DNA from: a virus | Strand: one strand, 5' to 3' | IMG/VR virus record: IMGVR_UViG_3300025096_003363 | Coordinates: 34,843-98,842 of that record | Length of the DNA: 64,000 nucleotides | Shown: positions 37,797 to 47,314 of the stretch, in pieces | Position numbering within the stretch: position 1 is the stretch's first letter | Layout: each line of letters starts with the position of its first letter | Program-made: the position numbers and the translations under genes | Notes under the pieces: model-generated | Told to the model about the DNA's origin: nothing | The model's input: only the letters and a program-made list of their open reading frames with translations | The model's database searches: none

Positions 37797-37964
37797 TTAT
37801 TCATTATCGAATACTTGTATAATTTTATTAATTTTTTGAATTAAAATAGAATTATCTGCCAGTAGTTGTTCTTGTTGTGCTGTAAAAGACGTGCAGTTAG
37901 TTAATATCTGTTTTAATGAAACAAAATCTTCAAAATCTAGACCTTCAACTATAACCTCTTCCAT
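37797..37964 (-). CDS. Small hypothetical protein, 55 aa (below the ORF-track cutoff)
   Basis: Read manually: MEEVIVEGLDFEDFVSLKQILTNC...QVFDNE*; its TAA is part of the next gene's TAAATA. Confidence 0.55.
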   Translation of the reverse strand: MEEVIVEGLDFEDFVSLKQILTNCTSFTAQQEQLLADNSILIQKINKIIQVFDNE

Positions 37965-37996
37965 ACTGTAGTTATATTATTAGTACTATAAAGCAA

Positions 37997-39655
37997 CTAG
38001 TTCCATTCAAACACTACAATTCCAGTGGTAGGTACAGGCCCGGATGGTTTTTTACTATGTGATCCTTGACCACCGCCATATGCTGGACTGTTACCGTAAA
38101 AACCTGAACCACCCACTCCTTCTTCTTCGCCACTATCGTCTGTATCTACATAACCGACGCCACCTACTAACGATATTGTTTCTGTTGGTAAATAAAGACT
38201 GTCAGCAATAACCGGTGTAGGTGCAGTAGTTGAATTGTACAAACCACCTTTAGCTCTAACTAATGGCGCTGTCGGATATCCGCCGGGTTCGTATATATAA
38301 CTAGACTTTCCACTAGTAAACCCTACCGGTGGAGCACCTACAACAACTGGGAATTGTGTACCTGGAGGTGCAGAGAGATAGCCAATTGCTGTTGATCCAG
38401 CATTACCACTTCTGCCTTTTCCAGGAGAGCCAGATCCAGTTACATAAAACTTAACGTACGAAATGCCATTTGGCATTGTAAATGTATGTGTTACACCTTC
38501 TGCATTAAAAATTCGAATTCCGGGCTGAGGTCTTGTTATTTGTATTGTACCGCTAAGTGGGTTAAAAGAAGCATCAGTTTTATTTTCCGTTACACCTGAT
38601 CCTGATGTAATAGTCGCAGATAGGTTTTTCCCGACAGTTAATGTAGGGCTAGTTACACCTCCAAAGGCTTTAATAATAAACGACATTCCTATAGCAGAAA
38701 CACCAGGGCTGCTTGAATGAGCTGTTGTTACCCCTACTAATGTACTGTTAGCAGGCGATGATCCCTCCATCCATCCATATAATGCAGTACTACTCAGATT
38801 TGGAAGAGTAAATGTATTGGCAGAAAAATCTCTTCCATATTTGCCGCCTGTTGCAGTAAGAAGTTCTGAATACGTTACAGCATCAACAGCCTGCCCATTA
38901 CAATTTAACCAACCATACGGCGCAGCTGATATCGGACACGCATACGGCATAATAGTTCCAATTGGAACCAAAGCCGCTGTAGTTGGAGCTACCGGTGAAT
39001 ATACTATTTGAGGTACTTGCCAAGCAAGTTGAGCCTGCCCTGCGCCATCCGTTGAACTGTAACCTAGGAATGTTTTAGCTTGCGGTGATGTTGCTGGAAA
39101 AGTATAATCGATTGAGTTAACTTTTAACTTTGATGGTAACGAAAGATAACTGGTAAGACCTGAGTCCCTTTGAATTATACCGTCTATGCTAATTCTAGAA
39201 CTTAATGCTACCTTATTAGACCCATCAAGAGTTAATGAGCTTCCTAATGCATTAGTAGATATATTTCCTGCGGATAATGTACCAACAGTAATTTGATTAG
39301 CCGCGTTAATACTAATTGTTGTATCTCCGGCGCTTATTAAATTCGATACTGTTACCCAGTCTGAAGCTGCAGCTCCTGTACCGGTAACACATACTTTTAT
39401 TTCATGGTTATCTGAATCATAACCATAGTCTCCAGTTAATACAGGTGCTAAAGTAGTTAAATTAGCTGCTCGCCCGGCCCACTTGTTTCCAACAATTACC
39501 CCACCTTTTGTTGTACCATCACCGACAAATAATCTCACCGTATCAGTCGTCATCCCAAGCTCACCAGTCTCGAGGGTAATTTGTTGTCGATCATAATTAG
39601 TCCCTCTCCTAACAAGGAGCTTTAACAAGGTATTTTCTAAAATTTCTATGGCCAT
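37997..39655 (-). CDS. Tail fibre protein (Mtd-N-like N-terminus, tail collar domain, Gly-rich C-terminus)
   Basis: LLVRRGT...GELG.TTD..RLFVGDG; PIGTIMPYA...GWLNCNG...FTLPNL. Confidence 0.8.
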   Translation of the reverse strand: MAIEILENTLLKLLVRRGTNYDRQQITLETGELGMTTDTVRLFVGDGTTKGGVIVGNKWAGRAANLTTLAPVLTGDYGYDSDNHEIKVCVTGTGAAASDWVTVSNLISAGDTTISINAANQITVGTLSAGNISTNALGSSLTLDGSNKVALSSRISIDGIIQRDSGLTSYLSLPSKLKVNSIDYTFPATSPQAKTFLGYSSTDGAGQAQLAWQVPQIVYSPVAPTTAALVPIGTIMPYACPISAAPYGWLNCNGQAVDAVTYSELLTATGGKYGRDFSANTFTLPNLSSTALYGWMEGSSPANSTLVGVTTAHSSSPGVSAIGMSFIIKAFGGVTSPTLTVGKNLSATITSGSGVTENKTDASFNPLSGTIQITRPQPGIRIFNAEGVTHTFTMPNGISYVKFYVTGSGSPGKGRSGNAGSTAIGYLSAPPGTQFPVVVGAPPVGFTSGKSSYIYEPGGYPTAPLVRAKGGLYNSTTAPTPVIADSLYLPTETISLVGGVGYVDTDDSGEEEGVGGSGFYGNSPAYGGGQGSHSKKPSGPVPTTGIVVFEWN

Positions 39656-39667
39656 ATGTTTTAATAT

Positions 39668-41215
39668 TTAGTAGCTAAAAACAGGTATTGCAAATCTATC
39701 AAACGTTTCAGTACTCTCTTCACTTCGTACGTCGCCGGATAACGCCATTGTAATAAATCCTGCAGAACTTAATTTAATATTATTTCCGGCTGAAGTTAGT
39801 CCTTCACATATTTGCTGTGAATATTTACCACCGAAATTATTTTCAACCTGGTTAGGAGCTCCATTAAAGATATTTAAAACAGGATCTTCAGCGTATTTTA
39901 TAATAAAGTTAACACCTGAAGCACTTAAAGTTGTGCCTGGTGTTGGACCAGATAGACTACCATCAGTAGCACTTAAATATAAGGTTTGTGTACCGGTTGT
40001 AATAGCGCCGTTAGCACCATATAATAAAACATCACCACCGGTGAGGTTTGGTACTTTAAAGTCGGTCATATTTGCACCGCCGTAAGTAGTTCCGATCTTA
40101 TCAAATAATTGTCTATATTCCGGTCGAGCTGTTGCGTTAAGACTGTGTCCGTTGCATAATAAATACCCAGCTGGGGGGAGTGTAAACGCTTGTGCATGTG
40201 GTAGTATCGAACCGATCGGAACACCGTCACCCGCTCCACTACCTGAAAGACCGGTAGCAGTAATGACATCAAATACAGAGCTTTTAATTTCAGTAATTAA
40301 TCCTTTGTTCGTGTCTAAGAAAGGCATCTCCATAAAGGCAGATGTAGCTCCATTTAATGTTACTGTACCGTTGTCATTTGTAATAAGTGCACCATCAACT
40401 GACTGTAATACAGCTTCTAATTTATTTGTTGCTGTGTTTACTTGTAATCCGCCGCCTAACCTACCATCTGTTGTTGAGGTACCATCTCCAGGTCCGGCCC
40501 ATGATGAAATACTAACATTCATCGCCCCAACATCTTTGAGCTCTAATTTATTATTAGTATCAAATTTAAATTGCTGCTCATTAATACTTAAAGCTAATTC
40601 TTCACCATCCCCACCCTTTAATCCGCTAGATGCTGGAAATAAGGCCTTTATCTCTCTTTTAGTTATAGAGTTTTGCTTTGGTGTTAATCTCCCGTCTTTA
40701 CCAGGCGCGCTAGATAACTGTAAATAATCAGTGTTAAATGCAACATTTACATTACCATTAACAGCAGATAATAGAGCATCCCCAAAAAACGTTCCACCTA
40801 AATATTCTGCATCAATTGCGTTTTTTGATAGCGTAAGCTTATTATTGGTATCAAATTCGAGGAATGCACCATCTGGAACTGATCCTATATAACTCCACCC
40901 TGATAAAGTGTTTGTATATGCCCTCCCGGTTGCCGATGCGCCGGAGAGTATATATAGCTTGTTTTTCGCGTAACCAATATCACCAACCTGTAAATATGGT
41001 GACTCACTAACCGCTGGGCCTAAACTAGCATCAGCAGCAAAAGGACCCACATTTACGTTACCAGCTACCTTACCACCGTAAGTAGCCCCATCACCGACAA
41101 ATAGTCTTTTTGAATCTAGGGTATAACCTACTTCACCTTGATCCAATACGATCTCCTTTCGTTGGTCATCAGTACCTCTCCTAACTTTTAATTTTACTAT
41201 AGTAATATTTGCCAT
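39668..41215 (-). CDS. Tail fibre protein (Mtd-N-like N-terminus, tail collar domain), paralogue of 37997-39655
   Basis: KVRRGT...GEVGY..D.KRLFVGDG; PIGSILP...GYLLCNG...LF..IGTTYG...FKVPNL. Confidence 0.8.
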   Translation of the reverse strand: MANITIVKLKVRRGTDDQRKEIVLDQGEVGYTLDSKRLFVGDGATYGGKVAGNVNVGPFAADASLGPAVSESPYLQVGDIGYAKNKLYILSGASATGRAYTNTLSGWSYIGSVPDGAFLEFDTNNKLTLSKNAIDAEYLGGTFFGDALLSAVNGNVNVAFNTDYLQLSSAPGKDGRLTPKQNSITKREIKALFPASSGLKGGDGEELALSINEQQFKFDTNNKLELKDVGAMNVSISSWAGPGDGTSTTDGRLGGGLQVNTATNKLEAVLQSVDGALITNDNGTVTLNGATSAFMEMPFLDTNKGLITEIKSSVFDVITATGLSGSGAGDGVPIGSILPHAQAFTLPPAGYLLCNGHSLNATARPEYRQLFDKIGTTYGGANMTDFKVPNLTGGDVLLYGANGAITTGTQTLYLSATDGSLSGPTPGTTLSASGVNFIIKYAEDPVLNIFNGAPNQVENNFGGKYSQQICEGLTSAGNNIKLSSAGFITMALSGDVRSEESTETFDRFAIPVFSY

Positions 41216-41219
41216 AATT

Positions 41220-42302
41220 TTATGCTATTCGTCGCCATACGTACGCACCATACGACGGCGGAATGTTATTGTGTTTTGTTCCATCACCTACAGCTGTAGA
41301 CGGCTTAATATTAGATGCTCCTTCATTTACAACTACTTGTTCATCTCCTTTTGTTACCACTGTTGCTGAACTTTCATTAGTAGCTAATTCCCCAGCTGTA
41401 GCCTGGCCTAAATCAACAGCACCTAACTCCCTACAAAATGTATATGCATCAAAATCCCATTGCGCTCCAGCCCCTCCAGGAAATTCACTTGCCACAAACC
41501 GTGTTTCACCGTTCCATAATCCAATCATTTCCTTATAACCATAATCCGGATTTTCTAGGTACGCGGCCCTTTGAATTGCAGAATAAGTAGCAGCAGATCC
41601 TAGTAAGAAATTAAGATCTAATGTTCTTCTTATAACATCCTGTGGGTCGCTAGGGTTATTTGTTCTGTTTCCAAAATCGTTATTCCAATTCCATCCACTA
41701 GCAGCTCCAAGTTGATTTCTTCGCCTCTGCTGCTGTGCCCATGCTTGTGTTGAATTTGTTGTACCAGCGCCAGTAGCAACAAAAACTTGCCCGTTACCTA
41801 CATTAGAACCGGTCGCGACAAAAACATCATCAGCTCCAACATTAGTGTCGTGCCTATGCGGCGGTAAGTTTGCAATAGTAAGTTCTGTCATATACTCACC
41901 AGCTAGATTTCCAGATTCTTCTGTGTTTTCGTAATCAGTACAAAATTTTCTAAAATCGTTATTTTTATCCGTAAAATCTCCAACACCTACTAAAAATCTA
42001 CCCTGTGCAATTTGCTCCCAAGTAGTCCCTGCTATTCTTGTTTGTGGGTTAACGTTATCTAGAGTTAATTGTATACACCCGACAGGAAAAAATGCTGTTA
42101 ACCATTCTGTAGGGTTTTCAGCAAACCCTTCCGGGTATATGTAATTATTAATTACTACTCTATTACCACTTAATTGTAACCCGGTAGAATTACCAGCTCC
42201 ATCAAACACTTGATTTAACGAGTCTCCTAGCTCTGACCCACTTAAATGGAGCAAAGAAGTATAAAAATCAGATATAAATTGATTTGTTAAACTCTCCGGC
42301 AT
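41220..42302 (-). CDS. Baseplate/short-fibre protein with a gp10 C-terminal-like domain
   Basis: FPVGCI...NP...GTTWEQIAQGRFLVGVG...LT.ANLPPHRH...HNNIPPSY..YVWRRIA. Confidence 0.7.
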   Translation of the reverse strand: MPESLTNQFISDFYTSLLHLSGSELGDSLNQVFDGAGNSTGLQLSGNRVVINNYIYPEGFAENPTEWLTAFFPVGCIQLTLDNVNPQTRIAGTTWEQIAQGRFLVGVGDFTDKNNDFRKFCTDYENTEESGNLAGEYMTELTIANLPPHRHDTNVGADDVFVATGSNVGNGQVFVATGAGTTNSTQAWAQQQRRRNQLGAASGWNWNNDFGNRTNNPSDPQDVIRRTLDLNFLLGSAATYSAIQRAAYLENPDYGYKEMIGLWNGETRFVASEFPGGAGAQWDFDAYTFCRELGAVDLGQATAGELATNESSATVVTKGDEQVVVNEGASNIKPSTAVGDGTKHNNIPPSYGAYVWRRIA

Positions 42303-42334
42303 ATTACTATTATTTATGTCACAATTTGAAAATA

Positions 42335-45172
42335 CTATCCAATGTTGACATTTCCTTCCGTTTGACCGTATATTATACCACCAACAATTCTAACACCACT
42401 ACCGCCTCTAACTCTTATTGAATAACCGCCTTTGCCGCCTTTATAAGTATCCCCGGATTGCGTTGTAGACCCGCCTGGCGCGCCCCAACCGCCGCCACCT
42501 GCACTAAATCTATTATACCAGCGACGGTTTGCGATTGAAGGGTAGCCCGATCCAGACCTATTTGTTGTTTGTACAGGGTATTTTTGAAAAACACCAGGTA
42601 GGCTTCCAGATCCACCTCTAACGAGTCCAGATCTATGATTATAGCCATCCCATCCCGTGGGTGATACATATGAAATGCCGTTATATATTAAATCGCTTCC
42701 ACCACCCGGTTTATTAATTCGAGCGGCGACATAAGGTAAACCTGGCGCGCCACCTACTATGCCGTTTGCTCTCCAGTGAGGCCCTACATGAAACCGCGGC
42801 CCGCGGCCGAAGAAATTGCCATATTTTCTATTTGACGTTAGCGTATACCCAGAGAGCCACCCGTAGTATGGCTCACTACGATTATAAGCTGTAATATATG
42901 TTTCAATACAACGTCTACTCAGGCGTCTTCCAGTACATGCTATATCTACCGATCCATTTTCACCTGGAGGTATATTACTCCACGCCGGCCCGCTTTCACG
43001 ACCTTCTTTTAAATTACCACTTAAATCTAGTGCACCAAATTCAGCACCAAAAATACCGCCTGTCCCTCCACCATATGCTGTAGGTGTTAGTATGCGACCC
43101 CCACCGCCTCCAGTGCCTTGAGGATTTACCCCTCTCCACTCCCTACCACCAGCTCCGGAGCCACCAGCTTCACCACCAATTCCAGGTAATAGTACGTAAA
43201 GTGGTCCCCACCCAACAGTAACAATATCACCAGCTCGTTTAAATTGTTGTAAAGAATGCGCACTAACAACTGGGCTAAAGAAACGACCAGCGCCGCCGGG
43301 TTCACCCGGAGCGCCGCCTGCGCCACCGCCGGCCGTAGTTGGTGCATTGACCTCTTTCCATCTATCAACAACACCTAAATGCCCATCACCATCGTTAGTA
43401 TAAAGAGATCGACCTATACCGTGGATTGGGCTAGTACCGCCCCAGCCTCCACCGGCCCCTCCTCCTCCACCAGACTTATCTCCATCATATGCGCTTGCTC
43501 CGCCTCCTCCACCACCACTTATACCACCTTGTGTGTTGTCAATTATAATTTCAGAATTACCAGTAACCAGTATAGCATCTCCACCATCTTGTCCAGATCG
43601 ATTAATACTCCAATAGCTACCTCCATTACCACCTCTACCCATAATGAACCCTTTATTTATTAACTCTAAACCACCAGGAAAATGATCTACGATCATTGCT
43701 GGTACCTTATCGTCACTTGGGTCGTCTGAATATATATAAACACCATTATCGATAATTACTCTACATTTAGACTGCCCATCCCACCCGTTATCTGTAGCCC
43801 ACTTATTTAAATTAAATACCTTATTTTTAGTAGATATTTTGTTACTAGAAATAGTTAACTGATATGGTAGATTATCACCCGGTCTTTGGTCTGGTGATAA
43901 ATTATCATGATAATTAAGAGGTACACGTTTCCAAAAGTAAACCGGGAAATTAGGTGGTATATTATTATGTCTTACAGATTGACCAGTAGTTGTCGATTGT
44001 ACAACTTTTGAACTAGGTACTAAACCGTAATATAAATTCTCACCGGCTACTGCTTGCCCTACCGTGGCGTTTAACTCTTTTAATCGGTTAACCCCATCAA
44101 GAGCTTTAGCTGCCTCATCCAGTCCTAATATATCGATAATAAAATCACGCGCTTTAATTAATTCTCTATCCGGAAACCTACCTGGATGGACTCTATCTGA
44201 GGATCTTGGGTCATAAAAAGACCGGTCTATGTAGTATTCTACGCCATTGTATTCCCATTTTACACCAACCGGTCTAGGACTAGATCCAATAAATTTACCA
44301 GACACATTTAAAATACCACCCCACCCTGGGCCTCCAGCGGCCGGTGGAGCCCATCCTGCTAAAGTTTGATTTCCAAACCTAGGATTAAAATCAGCATCAG
44401 TATATACTTTACCGGTTTTATGATTTTCTCTAATTATAAAATCTCTGTAGTGTTCAGTATCACCGTATGCAGTATTGTATTGAAACGCTTCAATTACATT
44501 ACTATCTAAGTACCGCTGGTCATCTGTTACTAGCTGCTGCGGGTTTAAAGTGTCACCAAAATAAAATATAAATGCTACATTCGTTCCTTCGCCCTGACTT
44601 TGCTCTGGTACTGCCTCTGTTTTAATATCAGTTGTGTGAGTATGCGTAGGTAGGTCTTCAGCATCAACACCAGCTCTAAATTCACCAGCTAGATCTCCGT
44701 TTTCTAATCCTGCACCTGTTCTTTCTTTATTACCAGCAGTAAAAGTAAAACTATTATTATTTTTATCAGTACCGGTTCCTACACCAACAGGAAATAACCC
44801 TTGTGACTCTAAAACCCACTTTGTTCCTGCTATTTTAATTCCAGGGTTTTTAAAATCAGTAGTTAGGATTATACTATTAATTGGAAAAAAAGCATCTAAC
44901 CACTCTTTTTGATATGACCAACCTTCAGGTTTGATATAGTTATTCACTACAACCCTATCACCGAGAGAGCTTAAAGATAGACCAGTTGTGCCCCCGGCGC
45001 CATCATATATTTGAGCTACACCAGGCTCTGGTGTAAACACATTATAAGGACCTGCTGTGGACCATAGCTCTGTTACAGTATTAGTTAACCAAGAAGCAAT
45101 ACTACCACCACTTACATGTAAAAGTGATGTGTATTGATCTGCTATACGTTGTTGTGAAAGACTGTCCGACAT
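42335..45172 (-). CDS. gp10-C-like domain fused to a gp38-like Gly-rich adhesin
   Basis: N-half paralogous to 41220-42302; C-half INKGFIMGRGGNGG...GGDAI...ISGGGGGG...GGGGWGAPG as in T-even gp38. Confidence 0.65.
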   Translation of the reverse strand: MSDSLSQQRIADQYTSLLHVSGGSIASWLTNTVTELWSTAGPYNVFTPEPGVAQIYDGAGGTTGLSLSSLGDRVVVNNYIKPEGWSYQKEWLDAFFPINSIILTTDFKNPGIKIAGTKWVLESQGLFPVGVGTGTDKNNNSFTFTAGNKERTGAGLENGDLAGEFRAGVDAEDLPTHTHTTDIKTEAVPEQSQGEGTNVAFIFYFGDTLNPQQLVTDDQRYLDSNVIEAFQYNTAYGDTEHYRDFIIRENHKTGKVYTDADFNPRFGNQTLAGWAPPAAGGPGWGGILNVSGKFIGSSPRPVGVKWEYNGVEYYIDRSFYDPRSSDRVHPGRFPDRELIKARDFIIDILGLDEAAKALDGVNRLKELNATVGQAVAGENLYYGLVPSSKVVQSTTTGQSVRHNNIPPNFPVYFWKRVPLNYHDNLSPDQRPGDNLPYQLTISSNKISTKNKVFNLNKWATDNGWDGQSKCRVIIDNGVYIYSDDPSDDKVPAMIVDHFPGGLELINKGFIMGRGGNGGSYWSINRSGQDGGDAILVTGNSEIIIDNTQGGISGGGGGGASAYDGDKSGGGGGAGGGWGGTSPIHGIGRSLYTNDGDGHLGVVDRWKEVNAPTTAGGGAGGAPGEPGGAGRFFSPVVSAHSLQQFKRAGDIVTVGWGPLYVLLPGIGGEAGGSGAGGREWRGVNPQGTGGGGGRILTPTAYGGGTGGIFGAEFGALDLSGNLKEGRESGPAWSNIPPGENGSVDIACTGRRLSRRCIETYITAYNRSEPYYGWLSGYTLTSNRKYGNFFGRGPRFHVGPHWRANGIVGGAPGLPYVAARINKPGGGSDLIYNGISYVSPTGWDGYNHRSGLVRGGSGSLPGVFQKYPVQTTNRSGSGYPSIANRRWYNRFSAGGGGWGAPGGSTTQSGDTYKGGKGGYSIRVRGGSGVRIVGGIIYGQTEGNVNIG

Positions 45173-45187
45173 ACTTATATATTTATT

Positions 45188-47314
45188 TTAGTAATCCAGA
45201 CCTCCACCGTCTGGGTTTAGTTCTTCAAATTCAGCGTCTCCTAAGACAATATTACCGAAAAAATCATCATCTGGTGAAGCTTCTAACTCATGTGATGTGT
45301 CTGTTATACTGTTTAAAACTTCTTGTTGTAAGTTAAATAACTGATCTATTACACGTGCTACAACGCTATAATCCACTGCTTCATTTTCATGAAACTCCAT
45401 GTCTCTAAAATTAATATCTGTACCTTTATAAGTGGTGTAATCTCTTAATACAGGTATACCATCAGAGACGGTTTCAGCAGGTATAACACTAAGATTTAAA
45501 AATATTTTTACTGTATCTTTAATAATATTTTGAATTTCACTATTTAAAGAGCTTCCTAAACTAGATTCACAACTAGTTATTTTTTCATATAAATTCTCAA
45601 GATCTAAGGGCACGAAGTTTTGATACAGTAAGTTACTTTCTTTAAACAAGTATATACGACCAATAGTATGCAGTAAGAAAAATAAGTCTGTTTCATTCTT
45701 AGCAACGAGGTAATTTATATAATTAAAATAGTTAGATCTTAATGTATTTGAATTAAACTTTTTCTGTATCAAATTAAATCTCTCACCTGTATTATCAAAA
45801 TACATATCAGGTAAATAAAGCAAATTTTCAGGTGAAGCAAACCCAGCAACCTGCGTTGGATTTGATATAAATCTAGTCGAAATAAACCCCTTATCGTTTA
45901 ATATAAACATATTAGAGTCGTTTTGCGAAAAATATACATCTATATCTTCTTCCCTCGCCGCAAAACCGTAGTTAGGCCTATACCGGCGGACGATTTTTGG
46001 CTTTAATTTAGGTCCTAAGTTAGTTATATTTTCTGCATTAATATGGTATAATAAAAATACATTAGAATTCCCATCCGAAACACTGTTAATCTTTTCTGGG
46101 TCATTATTAGCCAATCCACCGGCATTTGGATCTATATCTTGAACAGCCATCTCACCGGCTCCTGGTTCTGTTAAGATCAATATAGAATCATCCGTATCTC
46201 TTATATCAAATGCAATTATTTCCTCGTCAGCGTCTATCGTTGTTATAGTTTTAATTAATTTATTCGAATATTTGTTTCTAATAGCAATATAAGATATGGT
46301 TTCAGTTTTATCTGATAAACTGTTAATTTCTTCTTCACTTAAAATATCTTCATCAAAAGTTCGAACACCACGAACAGGGGGCAGCTCTTCTATTTCAACA
46401 CCAGGTCTTGGAGCCCCGAGAGGTATTATTTCATTATATCGATACCCTAATAAATCCTTACCTATCTTTACTACCTCGTCTATAATTTGCTCTTGTATTT
46501 CAATCCTGTCAACCAGTTTTAATTTTTTACAAGGATTAACAAAACTATTATCATATAAATTAAGCTGTATTTCATTCGTACCAGCAGACAAGCTATAAAG
46601 TATATCGGTTGAATTATCGTATGTGAATCTAGTAGAACCTTTAAATAAACTTTCCCCGGTATCCTCATCCGGTGTAATAGGTATAAAATTACTATTTTTT
46701 ACAAAACTTCCAGAGAACGTGTGAGCAGCTGTTGGTGTGGTAGTAAAATAAAAATATGTCTCATCATCGTACACAAATAAAGTGCTATCAATTGTGTCAT
46801 CCAATACATTAATACCGGGTACCTTATCGATAAAGCTAAAAGGATCTATTTGAATGGGAAATAGATTATCTTTAGCCATTTTTGTGTCATCATTTCGTAT
46901 ATCAAACTGACCACTAGATAGCCCTAAAAAATATGCATTTCCATCTGATGCAGAATTTTTGAAATTTAATAAATCCGTATTTGAGGTAATATTTAATGCA
47001 TATAAATTTAAATTGTTTTGATTTAGTATGCCTAAGTTGGTTTCAATAAAAGACTGATCGACAACACTTCTAGGTGAAACAACAGGCTTTGTTAGTATAT
47101 TAGACTCAACAATTGGTGTTGCTGTTCTATCAAATTCTAACTTCTCTAGTACACAGTTAGCATAAAAAGTATCTGATGATTTTAAAATCTTTGAAGATGT
47201 TGAGAAAGTTTTACCGGTGTAAGCAACACCGTCTCTTACATTGACAAACCCAGAGTAGGGAATCCCGCTTAAAGTAAACGAACCAGTAGTGGTGTATTTA
47301 AAGTATTCAATCAT
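45188..47314 (-). CDS. Probable virion (baseplate/tail) protein
   Basis: Long ORF coupled within the structural operon. Confidence 0.6.
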   Translation of the reverse strand: MIEYFKYTTTGSFTLSGIPYSGFVNVRDGVAYTGKTFSTSSKILKSSDTFYANCVLEKLEFDRTATPIVESNILTKPVVSPRSVVDQSFIETNLGILNQNNLNLYALNITSNTDLLNFKNSASDGNAYFLGLSSGQFDIRNDDTKMAKDNLFPIQIDPFSFIDKVPGINVLDDTIDSTLFVYDDETYFYFTTTPTAAHTFSGSFVKNSNFIPITPDEDTGESLFKGSTRFTYDNSTDILYSLSAGTNEIQLNLYDNSFVNPCKKLKLVDRIEIQEQIIDEVVKIGKDLLGYRYNEIIPLGAPRPGVEIEELPPVRGVRTFDEDILSEEEINSLSDKTETISYIAIRNKYSNKLIKTITTIDADEEIIAFDIRDTDDSILILTEPGAGEMAVQDIDPNAGGLANNDPEKINSVSDGNSNVFLLYHINAENITNLGPKLKPKIVRRYRPNYGFAAREEDIDVYFSQNDSNMFILNDKGFISTRFISNPTQVAGFASPENLLYLPDMYFDNTGERFNLIQKKFNSNTLRSNYFNYINYLVAKNETDLFFLLHTIGRIYLFKESNLLYQNFVPLDLENLYEKITSCESSLGSSLNSEIQNIIKDTVKIFLNLSVIPAETVSDGIPVLRDYTTYKGTDINFRDMEFHENEAVDYSVVARVIDQLFNLQQEVLNSITDTSHELEASPDDDFFGNIVLGDAEFEELNPDGGGLDY

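Noticed and set aside
37997-41215. Diversity-generating retroelement suggested by Mtd-N-like fibre N-termini
   Set aside because: No reverse transcriptase and no TR/VR pair differing at adenines seen in the window; this N-terminal domain is common in ordinary fibres
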